From a virus (taxonomy: Duplodnaviria > Caudoviricetes): DNA of 62,252 nt. The notes beneath the pieces were generated by a model. The model was not told where the DNA came from. It saw only the letters and a list, made by a program, of their open reading frames with translations, and ran no database searches. Where the stretch lies: the IMG/VR virus record IMGVR_UViG_3300036790_000814, positions 1-62,252 of that record; one strand, given 5' to 3'. The translations under genes were made by a program, and so were the position numbers. Below, piece after piece: positions 18,280-28,040 of the stretch (positions are counted from its first letter, which is position 1; every line of letters starts with the position of its first letter).

Positions 18280-18444
18280 ATGGAACACATTCTCGCCGAA
18301 CTGAAAGCCATCGTCGCCAAGATCGAAGTCGAACTCGGCATCGAGAAAGCTCCGGAAGCACCGGCGCCGGAAGCCAAGGCAGCACAGCCTGAAGCACCCG
18401 CGGCTCCCGCCTCACCAGCGACGCCAGAACCACCGGCGGCATAA
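18280..18444 (+). CDS. Small Ala/Pro-rich protein (54 aa; not in the ORF track)
   Basis: AAGGA RBS; amphipathic helix followed by a PAPA-like tail. Confidence 0.6.
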   Translation: MEHILAELKAIVAKIEVELGIEKAPEAPAPEAKAAQPEAPAAPASPATPEPPAA

Positions 18445-18485
18445 CGCGTCCGCAAAGTCGATCAACACCTTACCCATTACAGGCA

Positions 18486-18794
18486 ATGCCATTCGCTAAA
18501 GGGAAGTCCGGGAATCCGACAGGCAAAAACGGTCAGAAGCCGATCAGCGATGCGATCCGCAGCTTGCTATCTCGGAAGCCAAGTGAAGGTTTTAAGGTAA
18601 AGACCTGCAAAACGAACGCCCAGCTGATCGCACTGAACCTCGTGGCGGCCGCTATCGGCGGCAACAAAGACGCCACCAAGGAAGTGATTGATCGGGTCGA
18701 AGGCAAACCCGCTCAAGCCCTCGAACACAGCGGCCAGCTCACCCTGACGCATGAAGAGATACTCGCCCACCTCGCGGATGATGACCCCGCGTGA
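18486..18794 (+). CDS. terS: Terminase small subunit (DUF5681-like)
   Basis: F.KGKSGNPTG motif, DRVEGKP.Q; immediately upstream of TerL. Confidence 0.8.
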   Translation: MPFAKGKSGNPTGKNGQKPISDAIRSLLSRKPSEGFKVKTCKTNAQLIALNLVAAAIGGNKDATKEVIDRVEGKPAQALEHSGQLTLTHEEILAHLADDDPA

Positions 18795-20211
18795 GAGGGG
18801 AATCCGCCTCCGGCTAAGAGACGATTTCGAGTGGTATGCGCCCCGGTGCCTGAAGATCCGAACGAAAACAGGGGTCATTCAACCGTTCCGGCTGAACGCA
18901 GCACAACGCTATCTGCACGGACAGATTGAGGAACAGCGGAAGCGAACGGGCAAGATCCGCGCGCTGGTTGTGAAGGGCCGTCAACAAGGCTGCTCAACCT
19001 ACACGGAAGGCCGGTTCTTCTGGTTGGAAACGCATCATCGGGGGATGAAAGCCTTCATCCTGACGCATCTGGATGAGGCCACGGCCAACCTGTTTGGAAT
19101 GGCGAAGAGGTTCTATGAGCACTGCCCCGAAGTCGTCCGTCCGTCGATCGCCGCGTCGAACGCGAAGGAACTGGTCTTCGATGTTCTCGACAGCAGCTAC
19201 AAGGTTAGTACGGCTGGCAGCAAGGGCACTGGCCGCAGTGATACTATCCAGCTTTTTCATGGCAGCGAGGTTGCCTACTGGCCAAACGCCCAAACACACG
19301 TCGCCGGCGCGCTGCAAGCCGTCCCGGATGAGCCGGGAACGGAAGTCATCCTCGAAAGCACGTCGGCAGGCCGACTAGGGCTATTCTATGAGATGTGCGC
19401 CGCGGCCATGCGTGGGGAGGGGGAGTATATCCTCGTCTTCATCCCGTGGTTCTGGCAGCCGGAATACCGCAAGCCGGTGCCGGAAGGGTTTGAGCCGACC
19501 GCCGATGAGCTGGCTTACCAGGCGGCCTACGCGCTTGATCTCGAACAGATCGTGTGGCGCCGGGCCAAGATCGTCGAGCTGAACGGAGTACACAATTTCA
19601 GGCGGGAATACCCCGCTACGGTCGAAGAGGCCTTCAGCGCTGAAGTTCCAGGCGCATTATGGCGTCGCGGCCAGATCGACAACCTGCGGGTGCGGGAGAC
19701 TCCCCACCTCGTCCGCATCGTCGTGGCGGTGGATCCGTCCGGCGGGGACAAAGAGCGGAACGATGAAGTCGGCCTGGTGGTCGTTGGCATCGATGCGCAG
19801 AAACATGGCTACGTGCTGGCCGATCACTCCGGCCGCTACACGCCCGAAACCTGGGCCAGCAAGGCTGTGGCGCTCTACCGCCAGTTCAAGGCGGACCGGA
19901 TCGTCGCGGAAGCCAACTTCGGCGGCCAGATGGTCGAAAGCACCATCCGCGTCGTGGACAGGAATGCACCGGTGAAGCTGGTGCACGCCTCCCGCGGCAA
20001 GCAGGCACGGGCTGAGCCCGTCGCGGCGCTGTACGAATCCGGAAGAATGCACCACGTCGACACGCATATCGGCCTTGAAGATGAAATGGTCACGTGGGTG
20101 CCGCTCACGTCGACGGACAGCCCGAACCGGGTGGATGCGCTTGTGTGGGCCACGACTGAATTACTGATTGACGGGCCGGGCTCGGTGACCGTCCAAGCGC
20201 TTCGTCTCTGA
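18778..20211 (+). CDS. terL: Terminase large subunit
   Basis: KGRQQG.ST Walker A, HGSEVA Walker B, ESTS, nuclease VAVDPS...SPNRVDA. Confidence 0.95.
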   Translation: MMTPRERGIRLRLRDDFEWYAPRCLKIRTKTGVIQPFRLNAAQRYLHGQIEEQRKRTGKIRALVVKGRQQGCSTYTEGRFFWLETHHRGMKAFILTHLDEATANLFGMAKRFYEHCPEVVRPSIAASNAKELVFDVLDSSYKVSTAGSKGTGRSDTIQLFHGSEVAYWPNAQTHVAGALQAVPDEPGTEVILESTSAGRLGLFYEMCAAAMRGEGEYILVFIPWFWQPEYRKPVPEGFEPTADELAYQAAYALDLEQIVWRRAKIVELNGVHNFRREYPATVEEAFSAEVPGALWRRGQIDNLRVRETPHLVRIVVAVDPSGGDKERNDEVGLVVVGIDAQKHGYVLADHSGRYTPETWASKAVALYRQFKADRIVAEANFGGQMVESTIRVVDRNAPVKLVHASRGKQARAEPVAALYESGRMHHVDTHIGLEDEMVTWVPLTSTDSPNRVDALVWATTELLIDGPGSVTVQALRL

Positions 20212-20271
20212 TGGGCGCTTAATTACCAAGGAAGACAAGAAACATCAACCAACCAAAACAGGAGTCAACAA

Positions 20272-20823
20272 ATGACGGCGACAGAAAATGAATTTTTTGG
20301 CAGTGGATCAGCCACCTTTGGGCTTGAAGGCAACATCGCATGTCAGGCAAGCGCAGGCGTTAACCCTGGCGCGACCGGCGCGGATAACGTGCTTGCGGTC
20401 TTCTCCATCCCAGCCAATTCATTTGATCAGGCAGGGCGCGCGGTCTCGATCGCTGCCATCGGCGGTTTCGCCGCCAACACCAACACGAAGCGGGTCAAGA
20501 TCATTGTTGGAGCGGCATCCGCCGTTGTCGGTTCGACAATAGGTTCCGGTGGAACCACGATCGCCGACACCGCCGCCGTCACGACCAATGGTGCCGGCTG
20601 GTCTCTCGGCGCATCCGTAGTAAAATACGGTGCAGCCGGGTCGAACACGCAGCAAGGTATTCATAGCGCCGCTCAGGTGGGTAGCGCGGTCGCTGCGCTC
20701 ATTACGCCTGCGTCTCTGACGCTGACTGAAAACCTTCCAATCCTGGTCGCTGTCACCGGCAATGCCACGACGACCGCCACGGACATCGCGTTGAACGCGT
20801 TCGAGGTAAATGCCTGCAATTAG
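20272..20823 (+). CDS. Probable virion structural protein (Ala/Gly/Thr-rich)
   Basis: AGGAG RBS; located between TerL and portal. Confidence 0.6.
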   Translation: MTATENEFFGSGSATFGLEGNIACQASAGVNPGATGADNVLAVFSIPANSFDQAGRAVSIAAIGGFAANTNTKRVKIIVGAASAVVGSTIGSGGTTIADTAAVTTNGAGWSLGASVVKYGAAGSNTQQGIHSAAQVGSAVAALITPASLTLTENLPILVAVTGNATTTATDIALNAFEVNACN

Positions 20824-20864
20824 GCATCTCCTGCCAGGGGCATTGAGAATCTACCAGAGGCCCA

Positions 20865-22253
20865 ATGACCGACACGGTGCGCCAGCAATCATCCGCCGTC
20901 TCGAAGATGGCGGAGGACTGGACGCTGATCGATGCCCTGATGGGCGGCACCAAGACCATGCGACAGGCAGGCAAAAAGTATTTGCCCCAGTGGCCGGCCG
21001 AGGACCAAGAAAGCTATCAGGCCCGTCTCGCGACCGCGACGCTGTTTCCGGCATATGCACGCACCGTCTCGGTTCTGACGGGAAAGCCGTTCTCGAAACC
21101 TATGACCGTTGGCGAGGATGTGCCGAAGCGGATTGCCGCCTGGCTTGAGAACGTCGATCTGCAGAACCGCAACCTTGATGCCTTTGCGTCCGATTTATGC
21201 CAGGAAGCCCTTGGATACGGGCTTGCGGGCATTCTGGTCGATTACCCCCAGAATCCGGGGGTGAAAACCGTCGCCGATGAGCTGAAGACCGGGATAAGGC
21301 CCTATTTCGTCCATATTCGTCGTGACGCCATCCTCGGCTGGAAGACGGCACGGATCGGGGGCAGCCTCGTTCTGACGCAGCTCCGCCTTTTGGAATCCAT
21401 TGAAGTCCCGGACGGTGATTTCGGCGTCAAGTTTATCGAACAGGTCCGGGTGCTGACGCCCGGCGCATGGAAAACATGGCGCAAGAGCAAGCCATCTGAC
21501 GGGCCTGAAACCTGGCTGCCATTCGAACACGGCACCACGACCCTCAAGGTCATCCCATTCGTGCCGATCTACGGCAGGCGGACGGATTTCATGGTCGGTG
21601 TGTCGCCCATGCTGGAACTGGCACACGCCAACGTCGAGCACTGGCAGAGCAAGAGCGATCAGCAGACCATCCTGCACGTCGCGCGCGTGCCGATGCTGTT
21701 CACCAAGGATATCGGGTCCGATACGCAAATTACGATCGGGGCTGGGGCCTTTATTCGCGCCTCGTCGAAGGATGCGGACGTCAAATACGTCGAGCATTCC
21801 GGCAAGGCCATAGAGGCGGGCCGAATCTCGCTCCTCGATCTTGAAGACCGCATGCGCCAGATCGGCGCTGAACTCTTGGTCATCAAGCCAGGCAACACAA
21901 CCGAAGTGCAGACGATCGCGGATAACGAACAGGGTATGTGCGACCTGCAACGCATTATGCAAACGGTTGAGGACGGTCTTGATCAGGCGCTCGATCTTAT
22001 GGCGCAGTGGATCGGTGAGAAAGACGGCGGCCACGTCTCGATCTACCGGGACTTTGGCGCCGCCACGCTAGCTGAGGCTTCGGCTGATCTACTCTACAAA
22101 ATGCGCTCGTCTGGTTCGTTGAGCCTTGAGACTCTTTTGTCGGAATGTAAGAGACGGGGCATATTGAGCCCGGATATTGAAGTCGAAGAGGAAATCAAAC
22201 GCGCTAAAGCGGACGCACCCGTGGAAACGACCCAGGTGACCGTGAAGCCGTAA
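20865..22253 (+). CDS. Portal protein (DUF4055 family)
   Basis: LMGGT..MR.AG..YLP.WP.E...Y..RL..ATL; ILH.ARVP motifs. Confidence 0.92.
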   Translation: MTDTVRQQSSAVSKMAEDWTLIDALMGGTKTMRQAGKKYLPQWPAEDQESYQARLATATLFPAYARTVSVLTGKPFSKPMTVGEDVPKRIAAWLENVDLQNRNLDAFASDLCQEALGYGLAGILVDYPQNPGVKTVADELKTGIRPYFVHIRRDAILGWKTARIGGSLVLTQLRLLESIEVPDGDFGVKFIEQVRVLTPGAWKTWRKSKPSDGPETWLPFEHGTTTLKVIPFVPIYGRRTDFMVGVSPMLELAHANVEHWQSKSDQQTILHVARVPMLFTKDIGSDTQITIGAGAFIRASSKDADVKYVEHSGKAIEAGRISLLDLEDRMRQIGAELLVIKPGNTTEVQTIADNEQGMCDLQRIMQTVEDGLDQALDLMAQWIGEKDGGHVSIYRDFGAATLAEASADLLYKMRSSGSLSLETLLSECKRRGILSPDIEVEEEIKRAKADAPVETTQVTVKP

Positions 22254-22339
22254 ATTTATTGCTGCAAGGCAGGTGCCGCGCAGCGCCAAGGGGCGGATGC
22301 CCCATAAGCCGGCTGGATAGCCGGAGAGAGTAGCCTACA

Positions 22340-23116
22340 ATGAAGCTCCACCTTGATGAAAAGGGCAATGTTGTCGTTCAAGACGGCAAGCCAGTTTATA
22401 TTGCGGATGACGGGAAAACTATCGCGTTCGATTATCCGGCGACATTGGCGACAATCTCCCGGTTGAACGGCGAAGCCAAAGGTCACAGGGAACGGGCCGA
22501 AGCCGCCGAGGCCAAAGCCAAGACATTCGAGGGTATCGAAGATCCCACTAAGGCACTCGAAGCGCTCAACATCGTCAAGAACCTCGATACCAAGAAGCTG
22601 ATCGATGCCGGCAAGGTCGATGAGATCAAGGCGGAAGCCAAAAAGGCTTTCGATGATCAGCTCAAGGCAGTCGAAGAGAAATACAAGCCCGTCGTCACTG
22701 AACGCGATGGCCTACGGGATTCGCTGCATAAGGAAATTGTTGGCGGCTCATTCAGCCGCTCCAAGTTCATCGCCGACAAGCTCGCGATACCGTCCGACCT
22801 CGCTCAAGCGCGGTTTGGCGGGTCATTTACCGTCGAGGAAGGCAACAAGATCGTCGCCAAGGATGCGTCAGGCAATCGCATCTTCAGCCGCGCGCGGCCC
22901 GGCGAAATAGCCGACTTCGATGAAGCCCTCGAAACGCTCGTCGAGCAGTACCCCTATCGGGACAACATCCTGAAGGGTTCAAACGCTTCTGGCGGCGGTG
23001 CTGGCGGTTCGTCCTCCGGCGCCGGCGGAAAGAAGACGATGACGCGGGCGCAGTTCGATGGACTTGATCCCGCGGCGAAGGTCGCGGCCGTCAAAGACAC
23101 CACGATCGTCGATTGA
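22340..23116 (+). CDS. Capsid scaffolding protein (DUF6651-like)
   Basis: MKL.LDE.G.VVVQDGKPVY...A..HRE...LIDAG.V...ADFDEALE. Confidence 0.85.
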   Translation: MKLHLDEKGNVVVQDGKPVYIADDGKTIAFDYPATLATISRLNGEAKGHRERAEAAEAKAKTFEGIEDPTKALEALNIVKNLDTKKLIDAGKVDEIKAEAKKAFDDQLKAVEEKYKPVVTERDGLRDSLHKEIVGGSFSRSKFIADKLAIPSDLAQARFGGSFTVEEGNKIVAKDASGNRIFSRARPGEIADFDEALETLVEQYPYRDNILKGSNASGGGAGGSSSGAGGKKTMTRAQFDGLDPAAKVAAVKDTTIVD

Positions 23117-23239
23117 AGCATTGAATTTACTGGCGCGGCTCACCGCTGCGCCAAGTCCGAGACCTGGATGGGGATCGGAGTCTGACCCGGATGGCTCGCC
23201 GTCTCAACCTCCCCCTCAACCCTTAAAATAGGTGCTACT

Positions 23240-24409
23240 TTGAGCAATACGTTAACCTCCCTCATCCCTACACTTTATGAAGCGCTGGACGTTGTCTCGC
23301 GCGAGATGACTGGTTTCATTCCTTCCGTCGCCAGGGACACGTCGTCTGAACGCGCCGCATTGAACCAGCAGATCCTCGTGCCCGTCACGCAGGCTCAGGC
23401 TGCGCAGAATGTTACCCCCGGTGTGATTCCGCCGGATACCGGCGATCAGACCATCGGCAACGTGGCTATGACCATTCAGAACAGCAAGATGGTCCCGATC
23501 CGTTGGAGCGGCGAACAGCAGAAGGGCATGAAGACGAATGGGACCTATTCGCGGGTTCTGCGCGATCAGTTCGCCCAAGGCTTCCGCACGCTGGCCAACC
23601 TGGTCGAAACCTCGTGCTTCCAGGGGGCCTATCAGGGTGCATCTCGCGCTTATGGCACGGCTGGCACGGCTCCGTTCGGCACCGCAGGCGACTTGTCCGG
23701 CGCTGCGCAGCTTCGGAAGATCCTTGACGACAACGGCTGCCCGCAAAGCGACCTGCATATGGTTCTCGGGTCTGCTGCGGTTGCCAACCTTCGCGGCGTC
23801 CAGACGATCCTGTTGAAAGCGAACGAAGAAGGTTCGAACGCTTTCCGTCGTACCGGCCAACTGACGGATATCCCGCTCGATGGCTTCATGCTGCACAACA
23901 GCAATTCCATCCAGCAAGTCACGAAGGGCACTGGCACAAGCTATGTGACATCGGGCGATTCACCCGCCGGCACAAGCTCGATTGCCCTCGTCACGGGTTC
24001 CGGCACAGTTCTGGGCGGTGACGTGGTTACGTTCGCTGCGGACACGACCAATAAGTTCGTCGTGAACGCTGGCGTAGCGGCTGCGGGCACGATCGCGATC
24101 GGCGCACCTGGTACGCTGATCGACGTTCCGACCGCCAACGCCATGACAATCGGCGCAAACTACACGCCGAATGTCGGCTTCACACGGTCGGCCATCCAGC
24201 TCATCACCCGCGCTCCCGCGATGCCGGAAGATGAAAACGGTAAGCCAAGCGATCTAGCTGAAGATGTCGTGATGATCACTGATCCCGTGTCGGGCATCAG
24301 TTTTGAAATCTCGATGTACAAACAGTACCGCCAGTTGGTCTATTATGTTGCGCTTGCTTGGGGCGTAACAGCCATCAAGCCGAACAACATTGCGATCTTG
24401 ATGGGCTAA
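23240..24409 (+). CDS. Major capsid protein (P22 coat-like family)
   Basis: NTLT.LIP.LY.ALDVVSRE..GFIP.V start; TDPVSG.SFE...Y.QYRQ......AWG end; TTG start. Confidence 0.92.
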   Translation: MSNTLTSLIPTLYEALDVVSREMTGFIPSVARDTSSERAALNQQILVPVTQAQAAQNVTPGVIPPDTGDQTIGNVAMTIQNSKMVPIRWSGEQQKGMKTNGTYSRVLRDQFAQGFRTLANLVETSCFQGAYQGASRAYGTAGTAPFGTAGDLSGAAQLRKILDDNGCPQSDLHMVLGSAAVANLRGVQTILLKANEEGSNAFRRTGQLTDIPLDGFMLHNSNSIQQVTKGTGTSYVTSGDSPAGTSSIALVTGSGTVLGGDVVTFAADTTNKFVVNAGVAAAGTIAIGAPGTLIDVPTANAMTIGANYTPNVGFTRSAIQLITRAPAMPEDENGKPSDLAEDVVMITDPVSGISFEISMYKQYRQLVYYVALAWGVTAIKPNNIAILMG

Positions 24410-24427
24410 TCAGCACCACAAGCAAGA

Positions 24428-24484
24428 AATCAATTACTCCCCGCAGGACTCGCCCCTCAAAAGGCTCCTGTGGGGTTATTGATT
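24428..24484. terminator. Long stem-loop after the capsid gene
   Basis: AATCAAT..CCCCGCAGGA-loop-TCCTGTGGGG..ATTGATT. Confidence 0.5.
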
Positions 24485-24519
24485 AAGACGTGAGCGCAGC
24501 AGCGTTCGCGACTTCCCTA

Positions 24520-24616
24520 CCAAGGAGACCGCGATGGCGAAGAAGGATCGAGTAGAAGACGACGGCACTGAAACGCAAGACGATCAACCCAAGGAGACCG
24601 CGATGGCGAAGAAGGA
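24520..24616 (+). repeat. 28-bp direct repeat CCAAGGAGACCGCGATGGCGAAGAAGGA (24520-24547 and 24589-24616)
   Basis: Exact copies 69 bp apart, each containing RBS plus ATG. Confidence 0.95.
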
Positions 24617-24743
24617 CGATGAGTCCAAGCCTGTTGCCGCATCGACGGAGGGCCTCGTCAAGATGGTCAGGGGCGACAAGATTATTCACGCGCACCCGAC
24701 CACGGTCCACGATCACAATAAAAACGGTTGGAAGCACGCCTAA
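24534..24743 (+). CDS. Small head-associated protein with two in-frame starts
   Basis: GLVKM.R.....AHP.TV..H...GW motif typical of post-capsid genes. Confidence 0.7.
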   Translation: MAKKDRVEDDGTETQDDQPKETAMAKKDDESKPVAASTEGLVKMVRGDKIIHAHPTTVHDHNKNGWKHA

Positions 24744-24746
24744 TCT

Positions 24747-25139
24747 ATGACGCTCACCAATCAGCAGGTTGTTGACGTAAGACGGTATTGCGGCGTCAGC
24801 GTCACTGGCAACACGACCTCAACTGCCTATCGTGAGCCGTATTATTCCGACGTAACGCTGGCAAGCTTGTCGCTCGATTACCGGCTGGCAAATCTGGCGG
24901 CAGAAGAAGAGAACACGCTCGTAACCTACTACCTCGCCAATCTTTATCTCCGCGAGGATGAAATCCAGAGCGCAGCAGCTAATCTTGATACCGACAAGGC
25001 CGCGGTCTGGACGCACAACAAGCAGGAAGTGAGCGACCGGCGAGAACTGTTCAACCAGCTTCGGCTCGATCTCTGCAATTTCCTCGGCTTTTCACCTGGC
25101 CGGGGTTTGGCCAACCAGAACCGCCTCGTAAGGGCGTAG
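24747..25139 (+). CDS. Head-tail adaptor protein
   Basis: DVRRYCG...LDYRL.NL...EE....YL....NLDTD.AAVW.HN..E..DR; gene position. Confidence 0.7.
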   Translation: MTLTNQQVVDVRRYCGVSVTGNTTSTAYREPYYSDVTLASLSLDYRLANLAAEEENTLVTYYLANLYLREDEIQSAAANLDTDKAAVWTHNKQEVSDRRELFNQLRLDLCNFLGFSPGRGLANQNRLVRA

Positions 25140-25187
25140 GTATTCCGTCGCAGATCAACATTTTCGCTCATCCAAATAGGTGATTTT

Positions 25188-25454
25188 ATGTCTCAAGGCA
25201 TTGTTGCTGCGCATACCGCGCCAGCCGTTCACGCGCTTACCGTCACGCCGTCGGACACAGCTACTGTCAGCAGCGACGGGAGATCGACGCGCGGCCTCTT
25301 CGTCGGCACAGGCGGCAATGTGGCCGTTATGCTGCGTGATGATTCCACAGCGGTGACGCTTAAAAACGTCGCGTCGGGAAGCGTTCTGCCAATCCAGGTT
25401 CAGTTCGTGATGAACACCAACACGACCGCGACCGATATCGTCGCTCTATTCTGA
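25188..25454 (+). CDS. Head spike base protein (RcGTA rcc01079-like)
   Basis: PA..A..VTPSD.....TRGLFVGTGGNV.V......VT..NV.SGS.LPI.V..V..T.TTA..IVAL. Confidence 0.82.
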   Translation: MSQGIVAAHTAPAVHALTVTPSDTATVSSDGRSTRGLFVGTGGNVAVMLRDDSTAVTLKNVASGSVLPIQVQFVMNTNTTATDIVALF

Positions 25455-26692
25455 TGCATCTTTCGTCCCCCCTAAGCCTGGCAATTTCGCAGCGGGGTTC
25501 GGGATTTCCCTTCAGCGGCGCGTCACTCGACCTCGACTTCGCCAATGGCCGCTATTATCAGCAAGGCGTCGGCTCGGCCCCGTCGAGCATCCTGTCCTGC
25601 ACCCGCGCCTCTGTGGGCTACGCGGCTGACTTGTCGGGTAACTACGGGCCATTCGCCAATAATGTACTCCGCATCACGAATGCAGGACTCACGCTGGAAA
25701 ACACAAGTACGAATCTCTGCCTCCATTCGACCGACTTGACGAATGCTGTGTGGACAGCAGCGAGCGCAACGCCTCTTGCCGCACAGATTACAGCGCCCGA
25801 TGGAACGCTCACGGGCAACCTGTGGACTTCGGGGAGTACAGGCTATCCTTCCGTGTTTCAGGCAATCACAGCCGTCAATGCGACCGTCTATACAGGGTCG
25901 GTGTTTGCAAAAGCTGGAAATAGCACATCACTCACGATCGAACTTCGAGGTTCTTCGGGGGCGACCACTGACTACACATTCACGCTCTCTGGGGCAGGAA
26001 CCGCAACCATCAACGGAAGCGCGGTCGGCTCGCCAACAGGAACAATTAAGTACGTAGGAAATGGTTGGTATCTTTGTACGGTGACGAAAACGACCACCAA
26101 CACCACCCCGAAATTCATCATCGGGCAGAATCCTTCAACAGTAGGCAATACGGTCTACCTGTGGAACGCGCAGTACGAGGCGTCGAGTTTCGCAACATCG
26201 CCTATTCCGACAACCGGAAGTTCGGCGACCCGTGCAAGCGACTCGGTGCTGTTCACCTCGTTCCCCGCAATCTCCGGCGCGATGACCGCATTTGTGGCCG
26301 CCACTTGTCTTGCTCCCACAGCTACAGCAGCAGGTATTTTCAATTCGGACGATGGAACATCCAACAATAACTTCAACATGCTTTCAAATAGCTCTGGGAC
26401 TGTTCGCTTCCAAAGCAAGCAGGGAGGAACGCTCAACGTGAACGCTGGGAGCGCCTCTTTTACGCAAGGCGCTTTGACGAAGATGGCGTTCGCGGGGCAA
26501 ACGGGAGACTACGTTGGTTATATCGGCGGCTCATTGCAAGGGACGGCCAGCAGCGGTACCTTCCCTACACTCACCGAAGGCGGACTCGCCGCGAGCGCAG
26601 CATCTGGGGCGAACATGAACATGCTCGTCTCCCGCGTCGCCATCTTCCCCACGCGCCTCCCCAACGCCACGCTCGCCGCAAGGACTACCTAG
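25454..26692 (+). CDS. Head spike fibre (rcc01080-like, lectin/LamG-like C-terminus)
   Basis: LDLDFA....TRAS...GL.LE...TNL...S...W; AQ.E...FATS.IPT....ATRA.D. Confidence 0.78.
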   Translation: MHLSSPLSLAISQRGSGFPFSGASLDLDFANGRYYQQGVGSAPSSILSCTRASVGYAADLSGNYGPFANNVLRITNAGLTLENTSTNLCLHSTDLTNAVWTAASATPLAAQITAPDGTLTGNLWTSGSTGYPSVFQAITAVNATVYTGSVFAKAGNSTSLTIELRGSSGATTDYTFTLSGAGTATINGSAVGSPTGTIKYVGNGWYLCTVTKTTTNTTPKFIIGQNPSTVGNTVYLWNAQYEASSFATSPIPTTGSSATRASDSVLFTSFPAISGAMTAFVAATCLAPTATAAGIFNSDDGTSNNNFNMLSNSSGTVRFQSKQGGTLNVNAGSASFTQGALTKMAFAGQTGDYVGYIGGSLQGTASSGTFPTLTEGGLAASAASGANMNMLVSRVAIFPTRLPNATLAARTT

Positions 26693-26693
26693 T

Positions 26694-26981
26694 ATGGACT
26701 ACCTTCTGCAATTCACCGATGAACCTACCGCCCAAGCCGCGCTGCCGCAGCTTTACAGTGCCGCGAACGGCTGGAATGAAAGCCTTTGCATCCCTAACAT
26801 CAGCGTGGCGCAGCAAACCGGCACGACCACGGAAACCGACCCCGACACGGGAGATCAAATTCTGGTTCCGGTGATGACGCCGGATACCGGCTGGTTTATC
26901 CGCATCGCGGGAACGCCGCCGGATGGGACAACGCCATTCGATCAAACCGGATGGACGTGCTCGCCGGTGTTTGCGCAGTGA
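26694..26981 (+). CDS. Fibre-associated small protein
   Basis: MDYLL.F.DE..A.AAL pattern directly after the fibre gene. Confidence 0.55.
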   Translation: MDYLLQFTDEPTAQAALPQLYSAANGWNESLCIPNISVAQQTGTTTETDPDTGDQILVPVMTPDTGWFIRIAGTPPDGTTPFDQTGWTCSPVFAQ

Positions 26982-26982
26982 T

Positions 26983-27183
26983 ATGCAGGGATACGCGCGG
27001 GCCGTCAGCGAGCTTTTGAAGCAAGCTGATTGGGAAGTTGCGCGGCACCGGCATGGAAGCCATGTGGTGTGGAAGTCGCCGGATCGGAAGGCTTCCGTCG
27101 TTGTTTCGGTCAATTTGAACGATCGTAACCTTGCGCAGCGTGCGCTGAAGCAGGCCGGGTTATCGCCGCAACTTATAAGGTAA
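26983..27183 (+). CDS. hicA: HicA-family (dsRBD-fold) toxin-like protein, copy 1
   Basis: LLKQADWEVARHRHGSHVVWKSP.....VVV......A...LKQAGL. Confidence 0.8.
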   Translation: MQGYARAVSELLKQADWEVARHRHGSHVVWKSPDRKASVVVSVNLNDRNLAQRALKQAGLSPQLIR

Positions 27184-27186
27184 CCG

Positions 27187-27399
27187 ATGAGCGTCAGGCA
27201 TTTTCGAGAAAAAGTAATGCTCAACAAGGACGTTTACGACAGGTTTCTGGCTGGTGATAAATATGAAACCATCGCCGCGCAACTCGAAATGAATGTCGGG
27301 ACGGTTTGCAGACGCATACGGGATCACGAGTCGGTACTGGACATACTCGGTTTGCCAGTGCCGAAGCGAAGAAAGTCGGAATTGAGATTGCAGCAATGA
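27187..27399 (+). CDS. Small HTH protein
   Basis: G.KYETIAAQLEMNVGTVCRRI. Confidence 0.65.
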   Translation: MSVRHFREKVMLNKDVYDRFLAGDKYETIAAQLEMNVGTVCRRIRDHESVLDILGLPVPKRRKSELRLQQ

Positions 27400-28040
27400 A
27401 CGGCGCGACAATCCAAGAGCGCACTTATGCGGGTTATGCGAAAGCGGCCTCCTTCATAGGGCAAACCTGTAGCCTCTATCGCGCGGCCTCGGCCAGCAAT
27501 CCGACGGCGAGCGGGAACCTGGTCACCACGCTCCCGGCATCCTTCAACGCCGAGGACATGACCTACAGCAAGCCGCGCGGCTACGCGAAGGCCACATGGT
27601 ATTGCCTGATCGACGGCACGCAGACCGCAGTCGGTGATTACCTGATTGGACCGGCGGGGACTTTCTTCATCGCGGCCATGCAGCCGCTTCTGCCCATTCT
27701 GGCCGTCAAATGCGAGCGGACAGTGACCGTGCTGCGGCCCCAGATTCAGACCGGCGTGGGCGCTCAAGGCTACGGCGGCAACACGGCGGCGAACGAAACG
27801 GCGGTGATGACCGGCTGGCCCTGTTCGATCCTGCAAGGGACGAAGGGCGAGAAGGCGGAAGTGAACCTGCCAGGCGACGTACGCGCGCCCTGGTGGGTGA
27901 TGCTGCTGCCCTATTTCTCCGGCGTCGATCTTCAGTTCAACGACATTGTCACCGATGATCTTGGGCGGCGGTACGTCATCAGCTCGCCGGAGCTGACCGG
28001 TCTCGGCTGGCGGTGCACCCTCATGACCGCGGTGCCGTGA
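27396..28040 (+). CDS. Head closure/neck protein
   Basis: Y.GYAKAA..IG; GDYL.G..GTFFIA.MQ.LLPI..V.C; position before the tail genes. Confidence 0.65.
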   Translation: MNGATIQERTYAGYAKAASFIGQTCSLYRAASASNPTASGNLVTTLPASFNAEDMTYSKPRGYAKATWYCLIDGTQTAVGDYLIGPAGTFFIAAMQPLLPILAVKCERTVTVLRPQIQTGVGAQGYGGNTAANETAVMTGWPCSILQGTKGEKAEVNLPGDVRAPWWVMLLPYFSGVDLQFNDIVTDDLGRRYVISSPELTGLGWRCTLMTAVP

